Below, piece after piece: positions 1-12,027 of a stretch of 64,000 nt of DNA. The stretch comes from Dictyostelium discoideum (taxonomy: Eukaryota). The notes under the pieces were generated by a model, which did not search any database, was not told where the DNA came from, and saw only the letters and a list, made by a program, of their open reading frames with translations. The stretch lies in assembly GCA_000004695.1 (NCBI GenBank), contig CM000154.2, forward strand, positions 2,560,001-2,624,000, given 5' to 3'. Each line of letters starts with the position of its first letter. Position 1 is the stretch's first letter. Made by a program: the position numbers and the translations under genes.

Positions 1-925
<925 letters not shown>

Positions 926-1083
926 CAAAGAAATGAAAAAAGGGTAAGGGTAAATTAAAGGGGTTTGGGGGGGGATTTTTTAAATATCCCCGAAAAAAAG
1001 GGGGGTTTTAAAATTTTTTTTTTTTTTTTATTTATTTAAAGATTTTTAATTTTTAATTTTTGAAAATTAAAATTTTAATTTTT

Positions 1084-1173
<90 letters not shown>

Positions 1174-1278
1174 AGTTTTAAAGATTTAATTAAAAGCAAA
1201 GTTTGTACTATAATGTGTTCACCATCAATATTTTATAGTGGGGGTCTTGAAGTTTGTGTATTTGTATTAAAGTAATGA

Positions 1279-1378
1279 NNNNNNNNNNNNNNNNNNNNNN
1301 NNNNNNNNNNNNNNNNNNNNNNNNNNNNNNNNNNNNNNNNNNNNNNNNNNNNNNNNNNNNNNNNNNNNNNNNNNNNNN
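1279..1378. other. assembly gap (100 N)
   Basis: run of n characters. Confidence 1.
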
Positions 1379-2028
<650 letters not shown>

Positions 2029-2125
2029 TGCTAAATGACTGAACAAAGGTATTATTTGGTCTATTTTAAAAAATAAAAAAATAATTAACAAAGGTCAGTA
2101 AAAGAGAATATTATAAGATTTGAAG

Positions 2126-2165
<40 letters not shown>

Positions 2166-2169
2166 ATTA

Positions 2170-2679
2170 TAATTACACTGCAAAATTTTGAGATAAAGTA
2201 TATTCAACATAACGTTTAATATAAGGCATTTGAAAGATATCAAAGATTGAAGGTCTTTTAGTAGGTTGTTTCTCTAGTAATTGATAAACTAAATTTTGTA
2301 AATCTTGAGAATAATTTGGAGAGATTGGTAATGGTTGACCTTGTAAGATTTGAAATATTAATGAGGGCATTTCCTTTGCATCGAATGCATGTTTCAATGT
2401 GATCATTTCATATAGACAACAACCCAATGACCAAATATCTGATTTAAAATCGTATGCTCTACTACCAAAACATTCTGGACTCATATAATATGGTGTACCA
2501 ATCATTGTCTTTGCAAACTCTGATGAATTCAAAACTCTTGATATACCGAAATCACCAATCTTTATAATGTTTTTCTTTGTTAAAAATATATTTTGTGTTT
2601 TTAAATCTCTATGTATAACTTTTTTCTTGTGCATATATAATAATCCTAATGCGATTTGAATAAACCAATCTAATATTTG
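2170..2679 (-). CDS. NIMA-related (NEK-family) Ser/Thr protein kinase, exon 2 (catalytic loop to end of kinase domain)
   Basis: QILDWFIQIALGLLYMHKKKVIHRDLKTQNIFL...DFGISRVL...GTPYYMSPECFGSRAYDFKSDIWSLGCCLYEM...KRPSIFDIF; acceptor ..aaaaatag|CAAATATTA at ~2681/2679. Confidence 0.8.
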
Positions 2680-2797
2680 CTATTTTTTATTTATTTAAAA
2701 AGTAAAAAAAAAAAAGTAAAATTAAATAAATATGTATAATTAATATTAATTTCTCCTTTTAACAAATAAAAATAAAAATAACTTTCAATATACATAC

Positions 2798-3106
2798 ATA
2801 TTCAGAAATGAATTCGTTTTTCTTTTTTTGAAGCGTTGTGAATAAGTCTCCCGATTCACAATAAGCCATAATGATACAAAGGAATTGATTATTTTCAATT
2901 TGAAAAGATTCAAAGTATTCGACAATATTTGGATGTTTTAATTGAGATAATACATTTACTTCGTGTAATGTATCTTTTGTCTTTTCTCTCTCTTTTAAAA
3001 AGATTTTTTTCATTACATATTTTTTTTTATCGATTGTACTTCTTACTAAATAAACATCACCATGCGATCCATTACCAATTTGTTTAATTATATCATATTT
3101 ATCCAT
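2798..3106 (-). CDS. NIMA-related (NEK-family) Ser/Thr protein kinase, exon 1 (Gly-loop, VAIK-like Lys)
   Basis: MDKYDIIKQIGNGSHGDVYLVRSTIDKKKYVMKKI...LHEVNVLSQLKHPNIVEYFESF...YCESGDLF...NEFISEY|gtatgt donor at ~2797. Confidence 0.8.
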
Positions 3107-3725
3107 TCCATTGATTTTATTTATTTTTATATAATTATATAAAAATAGTGTTTATTTATTTATTTATGTTGTTGTTTTTGTTGTTGGTACGTTTATATTT
3201 ATTTTTTTTTTTATTTTAATTGATAGTAGTGTAGATGTTAATGATAGTAGTAGTAGTAGTAGTAATAGTGTATAATTGATAATTGATAATAGATAATTGA
3301 TAGTAGTGGTAGATGTTAATTGATAGTAGTAGTGGTAATAATAGTGGTGGTAGTTGTTTTTATATTACTTTTTTTTTATTTATTGGTGTTTATGTATGTG
3401 TTTGTGTGTGTATATACTTGATTTTTATTATTATTATTATTATAGTTGGTTGTAGATGATATAAAGAAAGTGTAATATTGTTTAATGTGGTGAATTTTTT
3501 ATATACTCTATTTTTTTTTTTTTTTTTTTTTTTAAATAAATATTTATTTTAAATTTTTTTTTTTTTTTTTTTTTTTTTGATGATAAAAGTGTTATTTAAA
3601 TTTTGAAATGGTACAATTGTATTTATTATGCGTGAAAATATTTATGTAATAATATGTATGACTGAGTGCGTGTTGTGTGATTATAAATTGAAAAAAAATA
3701 ATAAAAAAATAAAAAAAAATAATAA

Positions 3726-3761
<36 letters not shown>

Positions 3762-4818
3762 TGTGAGTTATTTAATTGAAGTGTTTGGGGTACTGTTTGT
3801 GATGGGTGTGTATTATTTTTGTTTTTTGTAAATTTAATTTTTAATTTTTTTATATTTTTATTTATTTTTTTTTTTTTTTTTATGTCTGTATCTAACTGTG
3901 ATTGCTATATTGATTGAACTATAAATATAAAAATAAACCAACCCAATGATTAGTGTTATATATTAATGATGCTTTTATTATTTTTTTTTTTTTTTTTTGT
4001 GATATGAGGATCAGTGAAGAGAAAGAAAGAAAAAAAATAAATAAATAAATTTATATAAGTATAAAATATTTGTGTAATTTTAATAATAATAATAATAAAT
4101 ATAATAATAAATGAAATTTTTTTTTTTTTTTTTTTTTTGAAGTTATAAAAAAAAACACAACAACAAATTAAGCATTTAATTTAAAAAAATAAAAAAATAA
4201 AAAAAAAAAAAAAAATAATTGTTCGTATTGACAAATTAATTAAAAAAAATTTTATTTTAAAAAATATTGAAAAAAATTGAAAAAAAATCAATTCTATAAA
4301 AGGTTTGGTTTGATCGGTGAAAAGGAAAGATTTTGTCAATCTATCTTATAATTAAAGATTTTTTTTTTATATATTATAAAATTTTCTTTTAAAAAATATT
4401 TCCTTTTTTTTTTTAAAAAAAATTATTGAAAAAAAAAAAATATATTAAAAATTATTATGGACAAAAAAGGATTATTAGTTTATGTTATTAATAGAATTTA
4501 ATGCGTGTGTGTGTGTGGTTGGCAAAAAAAAAAAAAAAAAAAAAAAACTCTAATAAAAAAAACTCTAATAAAAAAATAATTAGAACAAAACTCCTTTTTT
4601 GTGCACACTTACAATTTAGGAAAATAAAAGACACACAAAAAATGATTTTGTAAAAAAAAAAAAAACCACCCCTTTAAAAATTCAACCTCTAAAAAAAAGA
4701 TCAATTCGACCAAAAATTAGATATATTACGAGATTTTTTTTTTTAAAAATTTTTTTTTTCTTTTTACTTTTTTTATTTTTTTTTATTTTATTTTATTTTA
4801 TTTTTATTTTTATTTTTA

Positions 4819-4849
<31 letters not shown>

Positions 4850-4980
4850 GGCTTTTATGTGCGAAGCCCCTTTATGAAAATATGATATTTCATAAAAAAT
4901 AAATATTTATTTAAAAAAAAAAAAAATTTTATTTTTGTTAAAATATGTTGTGGGTTGATATAAAATTTTTTTTTTTTTTT

Positions 4981-5139
4981 TTACATTTTTGGTTTTGATT
5001 GTAACTTGTTTGAAATTGGTAAAGAAGTTTTTAATTCTTCATAGACTCTAACACCAGTTTCAAGAGCTCCATTTATAGTTGAGAGATCGTATGTTGTAGC
5101 TGTTGCTTCACCTGCAAAGAATAATTTATTATCAATAGG
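4981..5139 (-). CDS. flavin-containing amine oxidase (polyamine-oxidase-like), last exon
   Basis: Acceptor ..aaaaatag|CCTATT; encodes PIDNKLFFAGEATATTYDLSTINGALETGVRVYEELKTSLPISNKLQSKPKM*, the canonical FAGEAT C-terminal FAD-binding motif of amine oxidases. Confidence 0.7.
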   Translation of the reverse strand, partial: PIDNKLFFAGEATATTYDLSTINGALETGVRVYEELKTSLPISNKLQSKPKM

Positions 5140-5598
5140 CTATTTTTGTAAAAATGAGATTTTTTTTTTTTTTTTTTAAAAAAATATAAAAAAAAAAAAA
5201 AAGGGTGATATTACAATTAATATTTTATATCAATTGATTCATAATATATATTTTATATTAACAAAAAAAGGATTATTTTGTTTTTTTTTTTTTTTTTTGT
5301 ACAAGTTGTGGTTTTTTGGATTTTTAAATTTAGATCACAAAAAAAAAAAAAAAAAAAAATAAGAGATATTTTTTGATTTTTAGATTAAAAATTATTTTAA
5401 TCAATATTAGAGATTAATAATTTATGAATATTATAATTATTATTATTATTTAAAAAATAATAAAAAGAAGATTTTGGTTAGTATTTTTTTTTTTTTTTTT
5501 TAAATCTTAAGATATATTTAATTTTTTTTAAAAAAAATAAAAATAAAAATAAAAAAAAAATATATATTATTAAGAAAATAAAAAAATTTTAAATTTAC

Positions 5599-6834
5599 CT
5601 CTGCTAAAATTTCATTTGGATAATTTTTATATGGATAAGTTGAAGGAATAATTGATGGATAAGAATAGGCACCACGTACGAATGGATTCTTTTGCCAATC
5701 ATAAACCATATGTGAGATAAAAGAGTCAGAGGCAGGTGTCCAACCATTTTCAGAAGTACCAAACATAGCATCTAATTGATCGAGGAAAGTACGAATTTGT
5801 TTTTGTGGTGATAGAGCACTGATGGCTTTAGCTTGGTCACCAGTGATGAAGCCAACTGAAACATATTCAGAAGGTTGTCCAGGAACGAGTGGACGATATG
5901 GTGGACCGTCCATCCAAATTTGAGGTACTGGACTATCACCACAAAGAACCAATTGACAATTATTTAACCAAAACTTTTTATTGAATTTAGCGATGATTTT
6001 CATACCACCGTCCATACCGATGGTTTTAATTGCGATTTTCTTTCTCTCTGGTAATTCTGGGGTGAAGGTGATATCACCATCTTTTAAGATTTGTAGTGGC
6101 ACAGTTACGACCACACGTTGGGCTTGAACCACTTGACCGTTGTAGGAGGTGACTTTAACCAATTTCTCGTCCTTTGTGGTATCGATATGTTTAACTCTCC
6201 AATTGAGGTTAATATCCAATGATTTTGAAAAATGATCCAACATAATCTTTGAAGATTGTTGAACTTTGTAATTGTTTGGAATTGTGTTTGGTTTACTATC
6301 TTCTCTTGCTGCTTCTTTAACACCAATTCTATCGAGATCAGTTGCCCATGTCTTTGAGTAGATTGCATCGGCCAAACCCAACACTCTGAATGGTACTTGC
6401 TTTTTAATTAAATGCTCTAAAAGATTCATTTCTCTATTTGGATTATCAATTTCATCAGATAAACTAACCAATGCATCTGCCAACTTTTGAATATCTTCAT
6501 CACGTTGATCTGCTCTAATTAATTTTCTTTCACGTCCTAAATATAAATAAGTGGAATTAATTGGTGAATTAAATAAATCCATTGAGAATACTTCAAATAG
6601 TTCCCATTTATTCTCCATTGCTAAACGATAATATAATGTATCACCACCATGAATCATTTCACCACCCAATTCAACTGGATAACTTGTAAAATTAAAATCT
6701 TGTCTAGTTCTACCACCAATAATATTATTTGCTTCAACAACTAAAACTTTATATCCATCCTTTTCTAATTTATAACCACACATTAAACCTGAAACACCTG
6801 ATCCAATTACAACAATATCATAAACATTACTCAT
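5599..6834 (-). CDS. flavin-containing amine oxidase (polyamine-oxidase-like), exon 1
   Basis: MSNVYDIVVIGSGVSGLMCGYKLEKDGYKVLVVEANNIIGGRTRQ (GxGxxG dinucleotide fold) ...; ORF read-through after ..NEILAE|gtaaat is intron. The ~460-nt intron is long for this genome. Confidence 0.75.
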
Positions 6835-7702
6835 TTTTCTTTTGAGAAAACAAAAAAAATAAAAAAAAAAAAAAGTAAAAAAAAAGTCAAGATTTAAATT
6901 TTAAAAATAAAATAAAATAAAAATAAAAATAAAAAAAAAAAATATAAATAGATTAATTTCAATTTATTAATTTAATTATAAAAATAAATGAAAAAATAAT
7001 AATAAAAATAATTATAAAATATTTTAGGGTGAAGTATGAAATTTTCTTATTTTACCTTTTTTTTTATTTTTTTTTATTATTCTTCAAAGTGAAGATATGA
7101 ATAAACAGTGTTGTAAACGAAAATAAAAATAAAAATAAAAAATATAAAAAAATTATAAAAAAAAAAAAAAAATCAAAAAAAAAAACGAAATCAAAATTAA
7201 TTTTTTTTTTTTTTTTATTATTTTATTTTTATTAAGTAGAATTGGTTTAAATTTACAAAAATAGAAAACAATCATTATCAAATCTGTCATTGCTTTTATT
7301 TAATTTTTTTTTTTTCTTGAAAATATATTTTTTTTTTTTTTTTTTGTTTCTCATTAAAACAAAATATAATTATTATTTTTATTTTTTAATTTTTTTTTTA
7401 TTAATATTTCATTACTGTTTCTCATTAAAACAAAATATAATTATTATTTTTATTTTCTAATTTTTTTCATCTTTTTGTTTTTTTCTTTATTATAATTTTT
7501 TTTTTTTTTTTTTTTTATTAATATGTGGATTTTTTTCCTATAATTAGATTATCTCACAACTATATATTTTCATAATTTCATTTTGTGGTGGTGTGGTGAG
7601 AGTGTTTCAAAAAAAAAAAAAAAAATCATACAATATTGTAATTTTATGGGAAGGTGAGAAAAACAGTGAGTATAGGTGTATACTAGTATTTGTACACAAT
7701 AA

Positions 7703-7739
<37 letters not shown>

Positions 7740-7961
7740 GTTGTGTTTCTTTTTCAATTTATTCAAATTATATTATTATTATTATTATTTTTTTTTTTAA
7801 AAAAATAAAGTTAAATCTTCATATAATAGGGTGTGAGATCATATAAAAAAACCAAATGATGAATTATGTTGTTATATCGTTTAACAATTATTATGTACTT
7901 ATAAGGTTAAAAATTACTTTATCAAATTTGAAATAATAATAATAAAAAAATGAATAAAAAA

Positions 7962-7994
<33 letters not shown>

Positions 7995-8087
7995 AAATAA
8001 AAATAAAAATAAAAAATTACAAATTAAAAATAAATAATAAATAAATAAAATAATTATAGTTCATAATTTGGTAATAGCGTTTTTTTT

Positions 8088-8123
<36 letters not shown>

Positions 8124-8585
8124 TTTATTCCATTTTATTTTATTTCATTTTATTTTTTCTTTTTTTTTTTATTTTTATTATTTTTTTTTATTTCTTTTTT
8201 TTATTTTATTTTTCCTATTTTATTATATTTATTTTTTTTCTACTGTATATGTCCATCTACTTACTTTGTACAAATTTGAACACTCACACTATTTTACTTT
8301 TAATAAAAAAAAATAAAAAAAAAAAAAAAATTATTTTTTTATTGGCTCCATATCATAAATAAAAATAGTGTTTAAAAATCGCTTTTATATCAATATTAAA
8401 AATTTAGATTATATTGTACATTAAATTTGATTATTATTATAATAAAAAAATTAAATAAAATAAATAAATAAAAAATAAATAAAAAAAAAATAACTAATTT
8501 GTTGTTATTTTTGAGGTTAATTAAAAAAATACAAATAAAATAAAATAAATAAAATAAAATAAATAAAAAATAAAATAAAATAAAA

Positions 8586-8624
<39 letters not shown>

Positions 8625-8807
8625 TAAATACTCCAACTACCAAATCTAATTCAATCAATTATTTATAGAGTACATTATAAAATTACAAATTGTAAAAAAT
8701 AATAATAATAATAAATAAAATTTAAAAAATAAAATAAATTTAGTAATAATAAAATTAATAATAATAATAAATTAAATAAAAATAGTAATATTACAAACTA
8801 ATTAAAA

Positions 8808-8820
8808 ATGACATTATTTG
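8808..8820 (+). CDS. small two-exon gene, exon 1 (MTLF-)
   Basis: ATGACATTATTTG|gtaagt, a classic donor. Confidence 0.4.
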
Positions 8821-8854
8821 GTAAGTCATTGTTATTATTTATAAAAATACAGTC

Positions 8855-8896
<42 letters not shown>

Positions 8897-8952
8897 GTGG
8901 AATCTTTAAAATCAAATTTCCTAATTTTTTTTTTTTTTTTTTTTTATCATAG

Positions 8953-9158
8953 AATCTTTAAAATCAATAAGCCCAGTTTCTAAAATTAATAACGATGGTG
9001 GAGTAATAGCGAATAATAAAATAACAGATCAATCAAATTATGGTATTAATGGTTTATCCGGATATGATGTACATAGAATTCCCGGTTATTCACCCCAAGA
9101 TTATTTCGAAACTACTGGATTTGGAAAAGAAGGTTATGTTGGTCCAAAATCATGTTAA
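8953..9158 (+). CDS. small two-exon gene, exon 2; ~73 aa product MTLFESLKSISPVSKINNDGGVIANNKITDQSNYGINGLSGYDVHRIPGYSPQDYFETTGFGKEGYVGPKSC
   Basis: Acceptor ..tatcatag|AATCTTTAAAATCAATAAG; frame continues from the exon-1 G. Typical Dictyostelium coding composition within AT-rich flanks. Confidence 0.4.
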
Positions 9159-9963
9159 CACTAGTAGTCTTTTTTTTTATGTTTTTTTTCCCCCATTTTT
9201 TTTAAATCTTTAATTAACTATTATTATTATTTTTTAAATTTCTTTTTTTAGTTAGAAAATAAAAAAAATAAAAAAAAAAAAAAAAAAAATAAAAAAAAAA
9301 AAAAATTAAAAAAATTAAAAAAAATATAAAGGTATTGTTTTCAATATTAAAATATTTAGTTTAAAATTTAACACCCTATAAAATATTTTTGGTTTAAATT
9401 TTTTTATTTTTTTTTTTTATTTAATTTAAAATTATTAATTAATTGTGTTATTATTTCATCATTGTTCGAAATTTCTACCAGTTAGAAATTCTAACCCTTC
9501 TTTTTCTATTAATGTTTTTAAAATTTTATTTTTTTTTATTTTTATTTTTTTTTTCATTTTTTATTTTATTTTAATTTTGTTTTAAATAATGTGGCACAAC
9601 TATGTTTCCCACACTGAAATTTAAAAACTAATCCAAATGAAACAAAGGTGACTAACTGCTAAAAAAAAATGAAATTTAGATATTTTTGAAAAAAAAAAAA
9701 AAAAATAGTTTTTTTAATTTTTTTGATAATTTTTTCCCATTACCTTGTCAGATATTTTTTTATTTTTTTTTTTATTTTAATTTTTTTTTTATTTTTATTT
9801 TTATTTTTTTTTTTTTATAATAATTCATCCTAATTTTTTTTTAAAAAAAAAGCAATAGAGAAAAAAAAAAAAACTTTTTTTTCATAAATCTTTAAAATAA
9901 ATTAATTGTATTATAAATTATCATTGTAAAAAAATAAAAAAAAATAATAAAATAAATTAAATA

Positions 9964-10017
9964 ATGGAACCAAGAACTTGTAGAATTTCAGTAGCAATTA
10001 GCTCACTCCTTGTATTT
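9964..10017 (+). CDS. small multi-pass membrane protein, exon 1 (MEPRTCRISVAISSLLVF)
   Basis: ATG then TTT|gtatgt donor. Confidence 0.45.
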
Positions 10018-10047
10018 GTATGTTTTATTTTTATAAATATTTCTTTC

Positions 10048-10079
<32 letters not shown>

Positions 10080-10302
10080 TAAAAAATAATAAAATAAAAT
10101 AAAATAAAATAAAATAAAACAAAATAAAATAAAAAAAGGGAAATTTTTTTTTTTTTTTTTTAATAATAAAAATAATTAATAATAAAATTCTAATAATATC
10201 TATTTTTATATTTTTTTGATCGCTTTGGAAAAAAAAATCAAAAAAAAAAAAAAAAAAAAAATCAAAATTTATAACTATTATTTATTATTTTTATTATTTT
10301 AG

Positions 10303-10647
10303 TTATTCGGTGTTACACAAGTTGTAATTACATTTTCAAATCAAAATATTGATACAAGTCATACATGGGCATTCTTTGCCAATGGTTGTACATGCACATT
10401 AACAGGTTTTGCAGGTATTTTAACAGCAATCTTTTCAAAGACAACATTCTCAAAAATCTACTTCCTTATGACATTTTTAACAGTTTTTGAAGCTATCATT
10501 GTCTATATCATTTTCAGTGCCGCCTTACCAAGTTACATTGAAGCAGCATGTGGTGGTACAACATTCTTTAATCACTATTGCCAAGGTATTAAAATTTATC
10601 TTTCATCTGCTACAAGTGTTTTCTGGTCTTGGATCCTTTTAATTCTT
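10303..10647 (+). CDS. small multi-pass membrane protein, exon 2
   Basis: ..attttag|TTATTCGGTGTT; LFGVTQVVITFSNQNIDTSHTWAFFANGCTCTLTGFAGILTAIFSKTTFSKIYFLMTFLTVFEAIIVYIIFSAALPSYIEAACGGTTFFNHYCQGIKIYLSSATSVFWSWILLIL|gtaagt. Confidence 0.5.
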
Positions 10648-10742
10648 GTAAGTAAATCTAAAATTAAAATCTAAAATCTAAAATCAAACAATTTATTAAT
10701 ATTTTTTATTTTTTATTTTTTTTCTCTTTTTCTCTTTTATAG

Positions 10743-10826
10743 CCAGCTTCATCATTCATTGCATGGAAAAATCTTACAGTTTCAAGATCTACTCCAGGTA
10801 ATATTGAAATGAACAGCAAAAACTAA
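10743..10826 (+). CDS. small multi-pass membrane protein, exon 3 (PASSFIAWKNLTVSRSTPGNIEMNSKN*)
   Basis: ..ttttatag|CCAGCT, in frame, stop TAA at ~10824. Confidence 0.4.
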   Translation, partial: PASSFIAWKNLTVSRSTPGNIEMNSKN

Positions 10827-11167
10827 ATTTAAAATTTAAAATTGTCTTATCCAAAAAAAAGCGAAATAAAATAACACAAATAATAATAAATTAAAAAAAA
10901 AAAAAAAAAAACAAAAAAAATAATATTAAAAAAAAAGAACAAATAATAATAATAATAATAACAATATTAATAATAAAATAAATAAATTCTGTACTGTAAA
11001 TTTAATAAACTATAAATAAAACTATTTTTGTTTAAAAAACCCGCCTTTTTTTTTTTTTTTTTTTAAATTTTTTTATTTTTATTTTTATTTTTTTTTTATT
11101 TTTTAATAAATTAATCATAAATATATATATATATATATACACAACATACCAAATACATAAAGATAAG

Positions 11168-11236
11168 ATGTTTACAAAAACAGCAATTGAATTAATTAAA
11201 GAATTAAGAGGAACAGATTCAATACCTCATTATAAT
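11168..11236 (+). CDS. gins1: GINS complex subunit Psf1, exon 1 (MFTKTAIELIKELRGTDSIPHYN)
   Basis: Matches the Psf1 N-terminus (human MFCEKAMELIRELHRA..); donor AAT|gtattt. Confidence 0.7.
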
Positions 11237-11330
11237 GTATTTATCAAAATATTTAAATCCATATATTATATTCTGAATAATATTATTATTATGGTACTAA
11301 CCAAACACCTCACCTTCATATAATAATAAG

Positions 11331-11398
11331 GATACATCAATTAAGGCGACCATCGATGAAATGATAGCATTATATGAAGATTTGATTAAAACTATTAC
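11331..11398 (+). CDS. gins1: GINS Psf1, exon 2 (DTSIKATIDEMIALYEDLIKTIT)
   Basis: Acceptor ..taataag|GATACA; donor AC|gtatgt (phase 2). Confidence 0.6.
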
Positions 11399-11507
11399 GT
11401 ATGTTATTTTCTTTTTTTTTTTTTTTTTATATTTTATTATCCCATTTCCTAACATTTTCTTTTTTTTCATCATTTAAATAATAATGATAATAACAATATT
11501 AATAAAG

Positions 11508-11946
11508 TGAACATAAAGAACAAAAAAAAGAACCATTTTATTTACAACATGCAATTACATTTCATAATAGTATTAATAGAGATAAAAGATGTATTTTAGC
11601 TTATTTAAATGAAAGATTGAATAGAATTAAAGAGTACAGGTGGAGTTCAGGTCAAAGTTTATTACCAGATCAATTAAAAGAGAGATTATCACAAAATGAA
11701 ATTCAATTCTTTTCAGAATATGATAAAATTTTAACAGAATACAATTCAAAGGTTGGTTTAGATTTAACAATTGATCCACAACCACCTAAAGAATTATATA
11801 TTGAAGTTAGAGTAATTAAAGAACTTGGTGAAGTAGTTTTAAACTCTGGATGTACTGTAAATTTAAATTTAAATACAACTCATTTTTTAAAAAGATCTGA
11901 TATTACAAATCTTGTAAAAAATGGTTCACTTGAACATATAATTTAA
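11508..11946 (+). CDS. gins1: GINS Psf1, exon 3
   Basis: Acceptor ..aataaag|T completes Thr. Encodes EHKEQKKEPFYLQHAITFHNSINRDKRCILAYLNERLNRIKEYRWSSG...PKELYIEVRVIKELGEVVL...LVKNGSLEHII*, collinear with human PSF1 (..[31 protein letters not shown]...SLYIEVRCLKDYGEFEV..LIRQGVLEHI). Confidence 0.75.
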
Positions 11947-12027
11947 ACAAATAAATAATACACACACACACAAATATTATTATTTTTGTTTTTATTTTTT
12001 TTTACTTTTATTTTTATTTTTTTATTT

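Noticed and set aside
940-1010. G-runs (ggggtttggggggggatttttt..ccccgaaaaaaagggggg); similar at 18060-18277 and 24075-24100
   Set aside because: Highly atypical for this genome and adjacent to gaps or homopolymers. Most likely low-quality or artefactual sequence rather than G-quadruplex biology.
6105-6368. 87-aa ORF inside and antisense-overlapping the amine oxidase exon
   Set aside because: Embedded in a well-supported gene on the same strand in another frame; no independent support.
7593-8316. Poly-Phe ORFs in spacer
   Set aside because: Translation of poly-T runs.
9590-9640. Possible D box (..cccacaCTGAaat) island
   Set aside because: No matching C box upstream or terminal stem.
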